64,000 nucleotides of DNA from Desulfomonilia bacterium (GTDB taxonomy: Bacteria > Desulfobacterota > Desulfomonilia > UBA1062). The stretch lies in NCBI GenBank assembly GCA_050014195.1, contig JBEKDT010000010.1, forward strand, positions 32,001 through 96,000, given 5' to 3'. Both the position numbers and the translations under genes were made by a program. Below the pieces are notes generated by a model. The model searched no databases. It was not told the DNA's origin and saw only the letters and a program-made list of their open reading frames with translations. Positions 41,516-50,505 of the stretch are shown piece after piece (positions within the stretch are counted from its first letter, which is position 1; every line of letters starts with the position of its first letter).

Positions 41516-42694
41516 ATGGAAATATATGACGTGATTATAGTAGGTTGTGGACCTGCCGGTGCTACGGCTGGACACATTTTAGGAAAATTGGGGTTGCATA
41601 CCCTACTCATTGATAAAAGTATATTCCCTCGAAGAAAACTATGCGGCGGAGGATTAACCCATAAGACACTCATGCTCTTGCAAAGGGTATTCAACGAAAA
41701 TGAAATATCTCTCAAAAAAAATGAAATTATTAACTATAAATCATATGATTATGATATTTATTTTAAAGATCAATTGTTGGTTCATGGGATTTCACATTTT
41801 CCTATTTGTTTTGTAGATAGATATGCATATGATTATTACCTGTTGGAAAAAGCGAGGTGCGCCGGTGTTACAGTACTTGAGGGAGAAAAGATAAAAAGCA
41901 TTGATCTAAACAACAACATATTATCGACATTGACAGGGAGGAATTTAAAGGCCCAGTTCATTATTGGCGCTGATGGTGCCCATAGTATTATAAGGAGTAA
42001 ACTGCCCGACAAATATTATCATAAAAACAACTGGGAATACAATCTATCCACAGCATTAGAGATTGTTATTCCTCGTTCAGAGATTCAACAAAACATAGAC
42101 CGCCCGGTCATCCATTTTGGTTACATTGACTGGGGATATTCCTGGATATTCCCCAATAAAGACGCAGTGATAATAGGTATAGGCGGTCTCAACAGGAAGA
42201 ATAGTAAAAGATTTGCTCAGTTATTTCATGAATATATCTCTGCCGTTACTCTATTTTATAAGATTAAAAACATTCAACATATCAAGATCCATGGCCATCC
42301 GGTTCCGAGCGGTAACTATTTGAAAAAGCCGATCTACCATAATGTTATGCTCGTGGGAGACGCTGCCGGGTTTTCAGATCCAATATCCGGAGAAGGTATC
42401 TATCAAGCTCAAAGAAGTGCAGAAATTGCAGCAATGAGCATATACAAATCATTGAAGACTAAAGCATCCCTGGATAAGACATATATAAATTTACTGCAAA
42501 GATATGTATTTCCTGATCTCTTGCATGCCAAAATTTTAAGATGGTTTGTTTTTACCGCTTTCAACAAGCTTGATATCAACCAAATAGGAATAATAATGAA
42601 ATATGGAGAAAAAAGGGCTCTAGACATTATCCATGGCCAGAGAACTTACAAATTCTTACGAAGAATAAATGGGTTACATGAGGGCATAATCTAA
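41516..42694 (+). CDS. Geranylgeranyl reductase family FAD-dependent oxidoreductase
   Basis: GCGPAG, FPRRKLCGGGL, IGADG, GYSWIFP and VGDAAG..DPISGEGI; visibly AT-rich. Confidence 0.9.
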   Translation: MEIYDVIIVGCGPAGATAGHILGKLGLHTLLIDKSIFPRRKLCGGGLTHKTLMLLQRVFNENEISLKKNEIINYKSYDYDIYFKDQLLVHGISHFPICFVDRYAYDYYLLEKARCAGVTVLEGEKIKSIDLNNNILSTLTGRNLKAQFIIGADGAHSIIRSKLPDKYYHKNNWEYNLSTALEIVIPRSEIQQNIDRPVIHFGYIDWGYSWIFPNKDAVIIGIGGLNRKNSKRFAQLFHEYISAVTLFYKIKNIQHIKIHGHPVPSGNYLKKPIYHNVMLVGDAAGFSDPISGEGIYQAQRSAEIAAMSIYKSLKTKASLDKTYINLLQRYVFPDLLHAKILRWFVFTAFNKLDINQIGIIMKYGEKRALDIIHGQRTYKFLRRINGLHEGII

Positions 42695-42909
42695 ATCAAA
42701 CCATCATCACATACAGGCGTGGCCTCACCACCGGCAAGACAGCCCTATCCTTCTGTCCGGCTTTCAAAGGACCTGGGCAAACCTTGTGAACGTAACTCAC
42801 AGCGTTGGCTTCAAGGTGCAAGATAGTGGTTTCGGCAATATAACCGGAGTCTGCATATCGCTTAACCGATTGAATTGCATAGTTAAAATACACAGTAAGG
42901 CAAATCAGA

Positions 42910-45078
42910 TCAAGGCGGCGGCTTGTCGTCGAATATACCCGACGGGTCTCCTGATGTGTTAGGCAGATGATTTTTAATAGTGATTGTCACCTGGGCCATT
43001 GTAGTCTTTCCCTCATCATCAGTCACCGTGATGGCGTACGTTGTTGTCTTTAAGGGGCTCACTTGAATGGAGCCGTTCACATCCACTGGTCCTATGTCCT
43101 GGTCGATAATTGCTCGCTGAGCATTACGTGAGTTCCAGGCCAGAGTAGATGCTTCGCCTGCATTGATAACATCGGGTGTGGCGGAGATGGATACCACGGG
43201 CCTTGGGTGAACCTCTATTGTGACACTGGCGCTTGTTGTGCCTCCTTTCCCTTGAATGGTGATCGTGTATGTTGTGGTTTTTTCCGGATAGACCGTCATT
43301 GATCCATACATATCCACCTGGCCGATGCCGTTGTCCAACATTGCGGAATCAGCATTCTCCGATGCCCAGGTAATTGTTGATGAATCGCCTTCTAGGATAT
43401 TGTCTGGATCTGCGGTAATGTTCACATGCAGCGGCTGTTCCACCGTGACGGTAACCGTGTCAGTGGCTGTGCCCATAGGCCCTTTGGCTGTAATGGTGTA
43501 GGAGGTGGTTGCTGAAGGCATCACCATCAAGGAACCATCCGGCATTACTGAGCCGATATCATGGTCAATGGTCACACTATCAACATTGAAGGAGGACCAG
43601 GAAAGTGTTGAAGAATCACTTATACCAATGGTGCTCGCAGAAGCGGTTATATTCACTGTGGGTGGTTGGTGCACAATGACTGTGACGGAATCGGTTGTTT
43701 TCACACATCGGCCGGCCGCTGTTATGGTAAAATTCGTGGTGGTTTCGGGATATACCATGAGTGTGCCTGATGCACCTACCTGGCCTACTCCATGATCGAT
43801 ACTGGTACCCTGATCTGCCTTCTGCGATGTCCAAATAAGTGAGCACGGCTCACCAGGCAGTACAGCCGATGGATTTACAGAGAGCTGCACCTTGGGCATG
43901 AGACACTTATGAACTTTTACCATTGCGGTGTCCGAGGCGATGCCGCCCCTGCCATCGGAAACCGTAAGGGTAACCCTGTACTTCCCGGGTTCTTTGTATG
44001 CATGGATGGGGAAAACACCATCGTCATGGGTGCCGTCACCGAAATCCCATTCATAAAGCAGTTGGGGACCATTAGGGCTATAGGAGGCAGAACCGTTAAA
44101 GGAGATATCCTCTCCTTCCTCAATGGAATACGGCCCACCTGCCTGGGCAACAGGAAATGTTGTGGGGGTTGTAAGATTGTCCACTTCTATGATTAATCTC
44201 TGGGAAGTATAAGATCCGTTTCTATCCTGAACCTTTACGCTGACTTCAAAATCCCCGGTTGAAGCAGGCACCCATTCGATGAGACCCGTCTGCGAATCGA
44301 TTCCCATGCCTGCAGGAGGATTGTCCAGGGAATACAGCAAGTCATCCCCCTTGATACTTGTTGCCAGAACATTATAGGTATATGGCAAACCTACCACTGC
44401 ATGGGTTATGGGTATGGAATAGATGACAGGTGGATAGTCCCACCTGGGCAGCCAGGTATAGGGGTGTGCACTTTTTACCTGGGAATACAACCACTGCCCA
44501 TTTGATAATGCAGCAACGACATACAGGTATGTGGCGTCGGTCACTGCAGTATCAGTAAAGGAAAGATCGGCTTGAGGCAGCTCAACGATTTTTTTGAAGC
44601 CTGAAGGATTACTTATAAAAGAGCGGTAGATGACATACTTCTGTGCGCCCTCCACCTTAGGCCAAGTTATAAACACCTTAGCACGTTTTGAATTCAGAGA
44701 AAGGGAGAAAGCAGGCTCAACCGCGATGTAGCATGTAAACGGTCCGGAGCGATTCTGGCTATCATAGGTAAATAAAGACACAGCATGAATTCCTTCAGGA
44801 AGGACAACATCTAGATTGGGGCCCGAGGCCGTAGGGAACGGGCCATGCCACTCATAAGAGACAGGTTCACCTTCAATGCCCTCAAACAGAGAGCTGTCCA
44901 AGGTCATATCATAACCCATAGGGGAGTTCTTAGAAAAGATAATTCTATCCTCACTCTTAGGCGGGCTGGCAGCTGATATCGACCCGATGGAGATAAAGGT
45001 CGCACCAATGAGTATGAGGATATAGCAACAAAATATTATGGCTGCAAACCCGAAGCCCGCCAATATATACAAAGGCAA
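42910..45078 (-). CDS. Exported Ig-fold repeat protein (putative Ig/He_PIG, PKD, four ~77-aa Ig-like repeats)
   Basis: N-terminal hydrophobic segment; PAGMGIDSQTGLIEW; PKD AQAGGPY..FNGSAS..YEWDFGDG..HAY..PG.Y.VTLTVSD; four STLxW..IDxxIGxV..GS..VxP..TTTYTIT repeats. Confidence 0.85.
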   Translation of the reverse strand: MPLYILAGFGFAAIIFCCYILILIGATFISIGSISAASPPKSEDRIIFSKNSPMGYDMTLDSSLFEGIEGEPVSYEWHGPFPTASGPNLDVVLPEGIHAVSLFTYDSQNRSGPFTCYIAVEPAFSLSLNSKRAKVFITWPKVEGAQKYVIYRSFISNPSGFKKIVELPQADLSFTDTAVTDATYLYVVAALSNGQWLYSQVKSAHPYTWLPRWDYPPVIYSIPITHAVVGLPYTYNVLATSIKGDDLLYSLDNPPAGMGIDSQTGLIEWVPASTGDFEVSVKVQDRNGSYTSQRLIIEVDNLTTPTTFPVAQAGGPYSIEEGEDISFNGSASYSPNGPQLLYEWDFGDGTHDDGVFPIHAYKEPGKYRVTLTVSDGRGGIASDTAMVKVHKCLMPKVQLSVNPSAVLPGEPCSLIWTSQKADQGTSIDHGVGQVGASGTLMVYPETTTNFTITAAGRCVKTTDSVTVIVHQPPTVNITASASTIGISDSSTLSWSSFNVDSVTIDHDIGSVMPDGSLMVMPSATTSYTITAKGPMGTATDTVTVTVEQPLHVNITADPDNILEGDSSTITWASENADSAMLDNGIGQVDMYGSMTVYPEKTTTYTITIQGKGGTTSASVTIEVHPRPVVSISATPDVINAGEASTLAWNSRNAQRAIIDQDIGPVDVNGSIQVSPLKTTTYAITVTDDEGKTTMAQVTITIKNHLPNTSGDPSGIFDDKPPP
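42970..43899 (-). repeat. Four tandem ~77-aa Ig-like repeats within the PKD protein
   Basis: Units start at PKVQLSVNP, PTVNITAS, PLHVNITADP and PVVSISATP. Boundaries are approximate. Confidence 0.75.
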
Positions 45079-45359
45079 ACGCGGGATGCCTTGTTTATCG
45101 AGAATAACCTCCTCCAGTTCGCTTCAATGAAGCAAGAGAAACAAGCTAGTTTTATGCAATGCAAAAATCATACGAATCTATGGCCATTACAATTTCAATG
45201 ACTTATTCAGCAAGTGAGCTGAGGATATTCCTTTTTAAGAGAAATATTTTCATAGTCTTGGGAAAATTGGTTCCCTTATGATTTATGAGAACGCAAAGAA
45301 TTACTTTTCAAATTATTAATAATGAGTTATTGCACAGGCCGTAACCTGGTTGTGAAGAT

Positions 45360-46169
45360 ATGAAAATAAATAAAGAAAATATCATATTCATTATAGTGGC
45401 CTTTGGCATACTTTTCTTGCTTCCGGATATTTCCAAGTCGGCTCTTGAAGCTGCCTCAGGTGCTATAGATAAGCATAAAATATTGAGGATTGTGGTTGAT
45501 CCCGGTCATGGAGGGAAGGATCCAGGGGCAATCGGGCCAAAGGGAGAGAAGGAGAAAGATATCACATTGGCAGTAAGCAAGGAACTTGCTATGCGACTGC
45601 ATGAAGAAGGCTTTGAAGTCTTCCTTACACGAAAAGGGGATACCTTTATCCCCCTTGAAGAGCGTACAGCCTTTGCAAACAAAATGAAAGCAGGACTTTT
45701 CATATCTGTACATGTGAATGCAAACGATAAAGCGTCGTTGCAAGGAGTAGAAACATATTTTCTCAACCTGACAACCGATCCTTCTGCCATTAAGGTGGCA
45801 GATAGAGAGAATGCTATAGCCTCTAAATCGATCAGCGATCTTCAGTTCATAATCAAAGACCTGACGCTTAATGCAAAGATAAACGAATCATCCAAGTTTG
45901 CCACATCCATTCAGAAATCTATTATATCCTCTCTGGGGAAGTCAGGTCATACCTATAAAGATCATGGCGTAAAACAGGCGCCTTTTTATGTCCTTATGGG
46001 TGCACAAATGCCGGCAATCCTCATAGAGACCGGGTTCATCACAAATGCCAAAGAATGCAATCTCCTGCAGAAAAAATCTTATCAGAACAGTATCGTTAAT
46101 GGCATCATCAGCGGCATTAATGTATATGTTACAAAGTCGAACTATGCCTATAACAGCAGAAACTCTTGA
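45360..46169 (+). CDS. N-acetylmuramoyl-L-alanine amidase (Amidase_3)
   Basis: VVDPGHGGKDPGA, EKD, LEERT, FISVHVNA and AILIETGF; N-terminal hydrophobic anchor or signal. Confidence 0.94.
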   Translation: MKINKENIIFIIVAFGILFLLPDISKSALEAASGAIDKHKILRIVVDPGHGGKDPGAIGPKGEKEKDITLAVSKELAMRLHEEGFEVFLTRKGDTFIPLEERTAFANKMKAGLFISVHVNANDKASLQGVETYFLNLTTDPSAIKVADRENAIASKSISDLQFIIKDLTLNAKINESSKFATSIQKSIISSLGKSGHTYKDHGVKQAPFYVLMGAQMPAILIETGFITNAKECNLLQKKSYQNSIVNGIISGINVYVTKSNYAYNSRNS

Positions 46170-46241
46170 GAGAGAAAGGCTTCAAGTAGAACATCAGCTT
46201 TAGTATAATAACTGATTGAAATCGTTGATTAGGATAAAACT

Positions 46242-47012
46242 ATGCATAAAATCAAATTACCTACATTCATTGCAGCCCTTATACTTATATGCTCACTCTC
46301 CCTTGTTTGGTGTAATGAGGTACCTGCAGCAGATCAGAAGGTCTTTGTGCTCTGCTATCATTCATTTCTCGGCAACAAGCGATTTGCTGGTGATGTTTCA
46401 ATCCAAGAACTCGGGGCTCAAGTAGATTTTTTCCAGAATAAAGGCTTTCATTTTGTCTCGTTTGCAGACGTTATAAATGATGCGGTAACAGGATCACGCA
46501 ATCTCCTCATTGTAATTGATGATGGGAATGAAAGCGTTTACCATGCTTATAATGAAATATTCAGACCCCGGCATATCAGACCTATACTTGCCATCTATCC
46601 AAGCATCATAGGTAAGAAAAGCTTTGCCCTTACTTGGGAGCAACTAAAGGAACTTTCACAAGGGGGCTGCGATATTGCAGCCCATGGCTACTATCATCTC
46701 CACCTGAATCAAAAGCTCTATGACCAAGATCGGTCAGCCTTTACCAAGGAGATCTATCTCTCTAAAGAGGTCCTGGAAAAAAAGTTGAATAGAAAGGTTT
46801 CGATCTTTGTCTATCCCAATGGGGTTCGTTCTGACATCACGAAGAAAACATTAATGGAGGCAGGTTATACTTGTGCCTTTACCATCCAATGGGGTACCCT
46901 GCTCTCTCCGATAAAGATGAACAAAGATCCTTATGAGCTTCCCCGCTATATGATCTATCAAAACAATTGGGGTATGATTTCGAACTCAATCATAAAGGCA
47001 TCTGCAAAATAG
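46242..47012 (+). CDS. Exported polysaccharide deacetylase (CE4, IcaB/PgaB-like)
   Basis: VLCYH, IVIDDG, LTWEQLKEL, AAHGYYH, VYPNG and LPR; signal peptide. Confidence 0.9.
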   Translation: MHKIKLPTFIAALILICSLSLVWCNEVPAADQKVFVLCYHSFLGNKRFAGDVSIQELGAQVDFFQNKGFHFVSFADVINDAVTGSRNLLIVIDDGNESVYHAYNEIFRPRHIRPILAIYPSIIGKKSFALTWEQLKELSQGGCDIAAHGYYHLHLNQKLYDQDRSAFTKEIYLSKEVLEKKLNRKVSIFVYPNGVRSDITKKTLMEAGYTCAFTIQWGTLLSPIKMNKDPYELPRYMIYQNNWGMISNSIIKASAK

Positions 47013-47043
47013 AAACAGCATCAATAATGTTTCCTAAGCAGGG

Positions 47044-47625
47044 TTAGGATGGGTCATCTCTCACGATCTTTTTCCCCAATTCCTTTGCTGTTTTCATCAA
47101 TGCCTTATTTAATTTAATCTCCCCTACCCCCATGGTACTTCCATAGACCATTCCTACAATTTTTGATCCTGTAAACCCATAGGCATCCTGAAAAGTTCGA
47201 AGGGCATTGACACATCCTGAGTCAAAAGGGTCTTCCCCGCCATAGCTCATAGCAATAGCAATGCGTCTTCCAGTAAACGGATCATTTCCATAGGCGGGTA
47301 GTGCAAAACAACGGTCCATCCAGATCTTGGTCTGGGCTGACATATTAAACCAGTAGACTGGGCTGGCAATAACCCATGCATGTGCACTGAGCATGGTCTT
47401 GTAGATTCTCTGCATGTCGTCTTTTATGGAACAGCCCTTGCTGTTTGGTTTCTGGCATGCATAGCAGGATTTACAGGGGGCGATGTCAAGACCATGGAGA
47501 TAAACGGTCTCCACAATCGCACCTGACGATCTGGCCCCCTTGGCAATCTGTTCCGCCAATAGCGCGCTATTTCCGTTTTTTCTTGGACTGCCCAGCAGTA
47601 CCAGCACCTTCTTTATGTTCTTCAT
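47044..47625 (-). CDS. Iron-sulfur flavoprotein / flavodoxin-like NADPH-dependent FMN reductase
   Basis: GSPRKNGNS, CKSCYACQ..C..KDDM and ASPVYW. Confidence 0.9.
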   Translation of the reverse strand: MKNIKKVLVLLGSPRKNGNSALLAEQIAKGARSSGAIVETVYLHGLDIAPCKSCYACQKPNSKGCSIKDDMQRIYKTMLSAHAWVIASPVYWFNMSAQTKIWMDRCFALPAYGNDPFTGRRIAIAMSYGGEDPFDSGCVNALRTFQDAYGFTGSKIVGMVYGSTMGVGEIKLNKALMKTAKELGKKIVRDDPS

Positions 47626-47694
47626 TATGTATTCATCCTCCTCAAGAATTATTAGGTGTAGAGTAGGTCGAGGGTTAAAGGGAATCACCCATTT

Positions 47695-48099
47695 TTATTT
47701 TTTCTTATCCTTCAACATATCCGCAAGCTTGGTAAAAGGATTGTGGGTCATAGTATCGGTCTGCTCGTCGTTCTGCTCTACGTTTTCACCTTCGTAATCA
47801 TATCTCCCATGCTCGTTATCATGACAATAGACACACAGGTTCTCCCAGTTACTCCCATCCGGAGGATTGTTGTTATGATTGTGGTCCTTGTGATGTACAG
47901 TAAGTAGGTGAAGATTCTTGATCGAAAAATGCCGACCACAACGCGCGCATACCCATGGGTGAATCTTTAAGGACTGCTCCCTGTAGCCCTTCATGCGCTC
48001 TGCATTGGCCTCGCGGGCTTTTGCCACAATCTGTTCCATCTCTTCTTTTGTTAATTTGGTGGCCCTTGTTTTGCGGGGCTTTGAACTCTTGAAATCCAT
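47695..48099 (-). CDS. YajD family HNH nuclease
   Basis: YREQSLKIHPWVCARCGR and LTVHHKDHNHNNNPPDGSNWENLCVYCHDNEH, C-terminal THNPF. Confidence 0.9.
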   Translation of the reverse strand: MDFKSSKPRKTRATKLTKEEMEQIVAKAREANAERMKGYREQSLKIHPWVCARCGRHFSIKNLHLLTVHHKDHNHNNNPPDGSNWENLCVYCHDNEHGRYDYEGENVEQNDEQTDTMTHNPFTKLADMLKDKKK

Positions 48100-48155
48100 A
48101 ATCAACTTCCCCCGAAGGTATTTTCCGTAAAAACCAAGCAGACTCTCGCTCTATT

Positions 48156-48557
48156 TTATGTCTGGGTAGTTTTTACATAAACACCTATCTTCCGGTCTTC
48201 CTCAACCGTATGCCATGCAAACCATTTTTCCAAGAATCTGATTACATCCTCGATAGTTCCTTTGTCATTTAAATAGCTCTGCATCCGGTGCAAATACTCA
48301 TCCAAGAGTGCTGCATGGGCCTGTTGCTGGCGATCTATTTCCGGATATTTGATGAGAAACATGATGTTTTCTTCACTGATAAAATGGTATTGGGCATATT
48401 TCTCTATTTCTGAAAGCAGTCGGATTGCAATCGCCTTTTTATTGTTATAATCATGTATGATGTTGAGCCGGTTGATCAGTTTCACAAATGCCTTGTGCTG
48501 GAGATCGATTTCATCTATCCCAGTCAAATATTCATCTTTCCATTCGACTTGATGCAT
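48156..48557 (-). CDS. Single-domain bacteriohemerythrin (one His ligand replaced)
   Basis: W..EY.TG..EID.QH, HF..EE, YP and HTVEED; GGAGG RBS. Confidence 0.88.
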   Translation of the reverse strand: MHQVEWKDEYLTGIDEIDLQHKAFVKLINRLNIIHDYNNKKAIAIRLLSEIEKYAQYHFISEENIMFLIKYPEIDRQQQAHAALLDEYLHRMQSYLNDKGTIEDVIRFLEKWFAWHTVEEDRKIGVYVKTTQT

Positions 48558-48769
48558 CTAGCTACCTCCCAACATTCTATACCCGTGCTGCACCATTGCG
48601 CCCGTCTTGGCATGACGCCAAAGCAAGCTAACAAAAGTCTTATTCTGTACCAAGTCTTATAGCTGATTCTCTTTCGTGAGATAGCTCAAAAAAGCTTAAT
48701 GTTTTTTCTGGCCTCCCAAAAGCTGCTAATGTATCCAAGCTCTCCTCTTAGAATACCTCGGTTCACTTC

Positions 48770-49324
48770 TTATCGGGAATAATAAACAGTTATACTCGAT
48801 TTTGCTAATGTATGCTGATGGAGATTAAAACCTACCATGGCCCCTGATGCATTTGCATCAAGTGGTAATTTCTCTATATCCAATGCATATACAGTGAACT
48901 GATACCGATGCGGCTTATCCCCTACCGGAGGGCATGCACCGCCGTAACCGGGTGTGCCATAATCCGTTCTGCTCTGGACACTACCCGCAGGTGCTAATCC
49001 TGATGCAGGATCACCGGCATTCTTGGATAACGAAGTGATATTTGCCGGAATATTAAAGATTATCCAATGCCACCACCCGCTTCCGGTTGGTGCATCAGGA
49101 TCATAAACAGTAACTGCCAAACTTTTAGTATTCTTTGGAGCCCCTTCCCATTGTAAAGCAGGTGATATATTCTTTCCTGTGCAGCCGAAACTGGAGAAAA
49201 CTTGCTCCATGCCAAGCCTTTTGCCTTGGTTGAGTTCAGGGCTTTTGAGTTTAAGATCTCCTGCAAAAGCGGTTGTTACAAAGGCACTTAATAAGAACAC
49301 CGCGACTATCGTATTCCCCTTCAT
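48770..49324 (-). CDS. YbhB/YbcL (PEBP / Raf kinase inhibitor-like) exported protein
   Basis: GCTGKNISP, YDPDAPTGSGWWHW, GACPP and HRYQFTVYAL; signal peptide. Confidence 0.93.
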   Translation of the reverse strand: MKGNTIVAVFLLSAFVTTAFAGDLKLKSPELNQGKRLGMEQVFSSFGCTGKNISPALQWEGAPKNTKSLAVTVYDPDAPTGSGWWHWIIFNIPANITSLSKNAGDPASGLAPAGSVQSRTDYGTPGYGGACPPVGDKPHRYQFTVYALDIEKLPLDANASGAMVGFNLHQHTLAKSSITVYYSR

Positions 49325-49594
49325 TATTTTTTCCTCCTTTTGAAAGTATTTGACGACACTATTTCTTACTCTCTCTTAGATTAAGCAAAGAGGGGTTCAA
49401 GTCAACTGTGAGTACAGGGAGAAAAGCTGTCTAAAGCACAGGGGCACCTGCCCTACCCGTTTTCAAGATCCTCACACCGATCCGTTCATATGACGGTTCT
49501 CCCCTTGACGCAATCCTTCCCTTCGTCGTACTTTGGGTGAGGCGAACAGAGGTATTCTTGCTGGTATGCCCTGCATATTCCTGGAGATACATAC

Positions 49595-49684
49595 ATGAGC
49601 ACATCTGAAGATATAAAGCGCTACCGCAAAAACTTTTTTAGTCAATTACATTCGGGGTCGGACGGATCGTCGAGGTCAATCTAA
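49595..49684 (+). pseudogene. Probable 5' relic of a VIT1/CCC1-rubrerythrin type gene
   Basis: GGAG RBS, then MSTSEDIKRYRKNF.. stopping after 29 aa. The N-terminus resembles the xxDxxRYRxNW start of that family (from memory). Confidence 0.3.
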
Positions 49685-49707
49685 GCTGATGATGCAGAGG
49701 GGGGTAC

Positions 49708-50202
49708 TTAGGAATGTTCCATACTCCTTGCTTGCGTAAAGGTGCCTATCATTACTAAAACAACGAAGACGATAGTCCTGAAAGTTTGATCGAGCTCCAA
49801 CTGGCCGACAATCGCACCCGTCCCGACAAGACTGGAGAGCAGGATGATCGCCCAATTCATGAGTAAGCCGGAAAACACTGCCCCGATTACTCCACCGATA
49901 AAGAAAAGGAGGATGTCTTTTTCCATAAAACCCAAAGAATGAGATAAAAATAAAATAAGGTATGCCCCTGAATAGAACCCTGCAAGAACGAATGCTAAGC
50001 GTTCTATAAGGATAGAAAGTAATGCACCGAACAGGCCTGCTACAAAACCACACAGCAGTATAACCCATTGCGGCTGATTGGCAAGAAGCACATGGGTAAT
50101 CTCCACACCCACAAGAAATCCTGCAATTGCGATAAAAAGCCAAAAAAGCCTCCGCCCGTAGATAAGCACGATGAGACCTAACAGCACGATCAGTAGTTGC
50201 AT
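49708..50202 (-). CDS. DUF4203/TM7S3-TM198-like membrane protein
   Basis: GRRLFWLF..IAGF, AGLFGA, LAGF..G and IILLSSLVG; multi-TM. Confidence 0.8.
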   Translation of the reverse strand: MQLLIVLLGLIVLIYGRRLFWLFIAIAGFLVGVEITHVLLANQPQWVILLCGFVAGLFGALLSILIERLAFVLAGFYSGAYLILFLSHSLGFMEKDILLFFIGGVIGAVFSGLLMNWAIILLSSLVGTGAIVGQLELDQTFRTIVFVVLVMIGTFTQARSMEHS

Positions 50203-50341
50203 GATGTATTCGTTAATACCAGAAGCCTGGTCCTTTGCTCAAGGCTGATATCAGAAATGCCCCGCGACCTCATAATGAACGTCTCGTGAATAAATGAGAA
50301 ACCAAGTTCCATACATGAGGTAAATTAATTCCCATGTTTCC

Positions 50342-50411
50342 TGTAAGATAGACATACAAAAAATCTAAAAGAATGAAATCCTGTCATAAAATATTTGGCA
50401 CTTTTTTTGCC
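50342..50411 (+). promoter_or_regulatory. Sigma-54 promoter with candidate upstream enhancer
   Basis: TTGGCACTTTTTTTGCC at 50395-50411 has exact GG-N10-GC spacing; TGT-N11-ACA lies at 50342-50358. Confidence 0.7.
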
Positions 50412-50505
50412 TATAAAAAATAGACTGCAGAGGAGAAATGTATCTCCTTGCAGATATGTATTTCTCTATGAATTCAATTGCAGTCACTTTAAGTTGAGGT
50501 TCTTC

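Noticed and set aside
42696-42893. 65-aa minus-strand ORF after the PKD protein
   Set aside because: No recognisable motif in the frames I read; left unassigned.
49440-49502. Faint resemblance to group II intron domain V/VI on the minus strand (GAGAACCG..CGGATC)
   Set aside because: The stem is too short and lacks the catalytic triad/GNRA geometry; no RT relic nearby.
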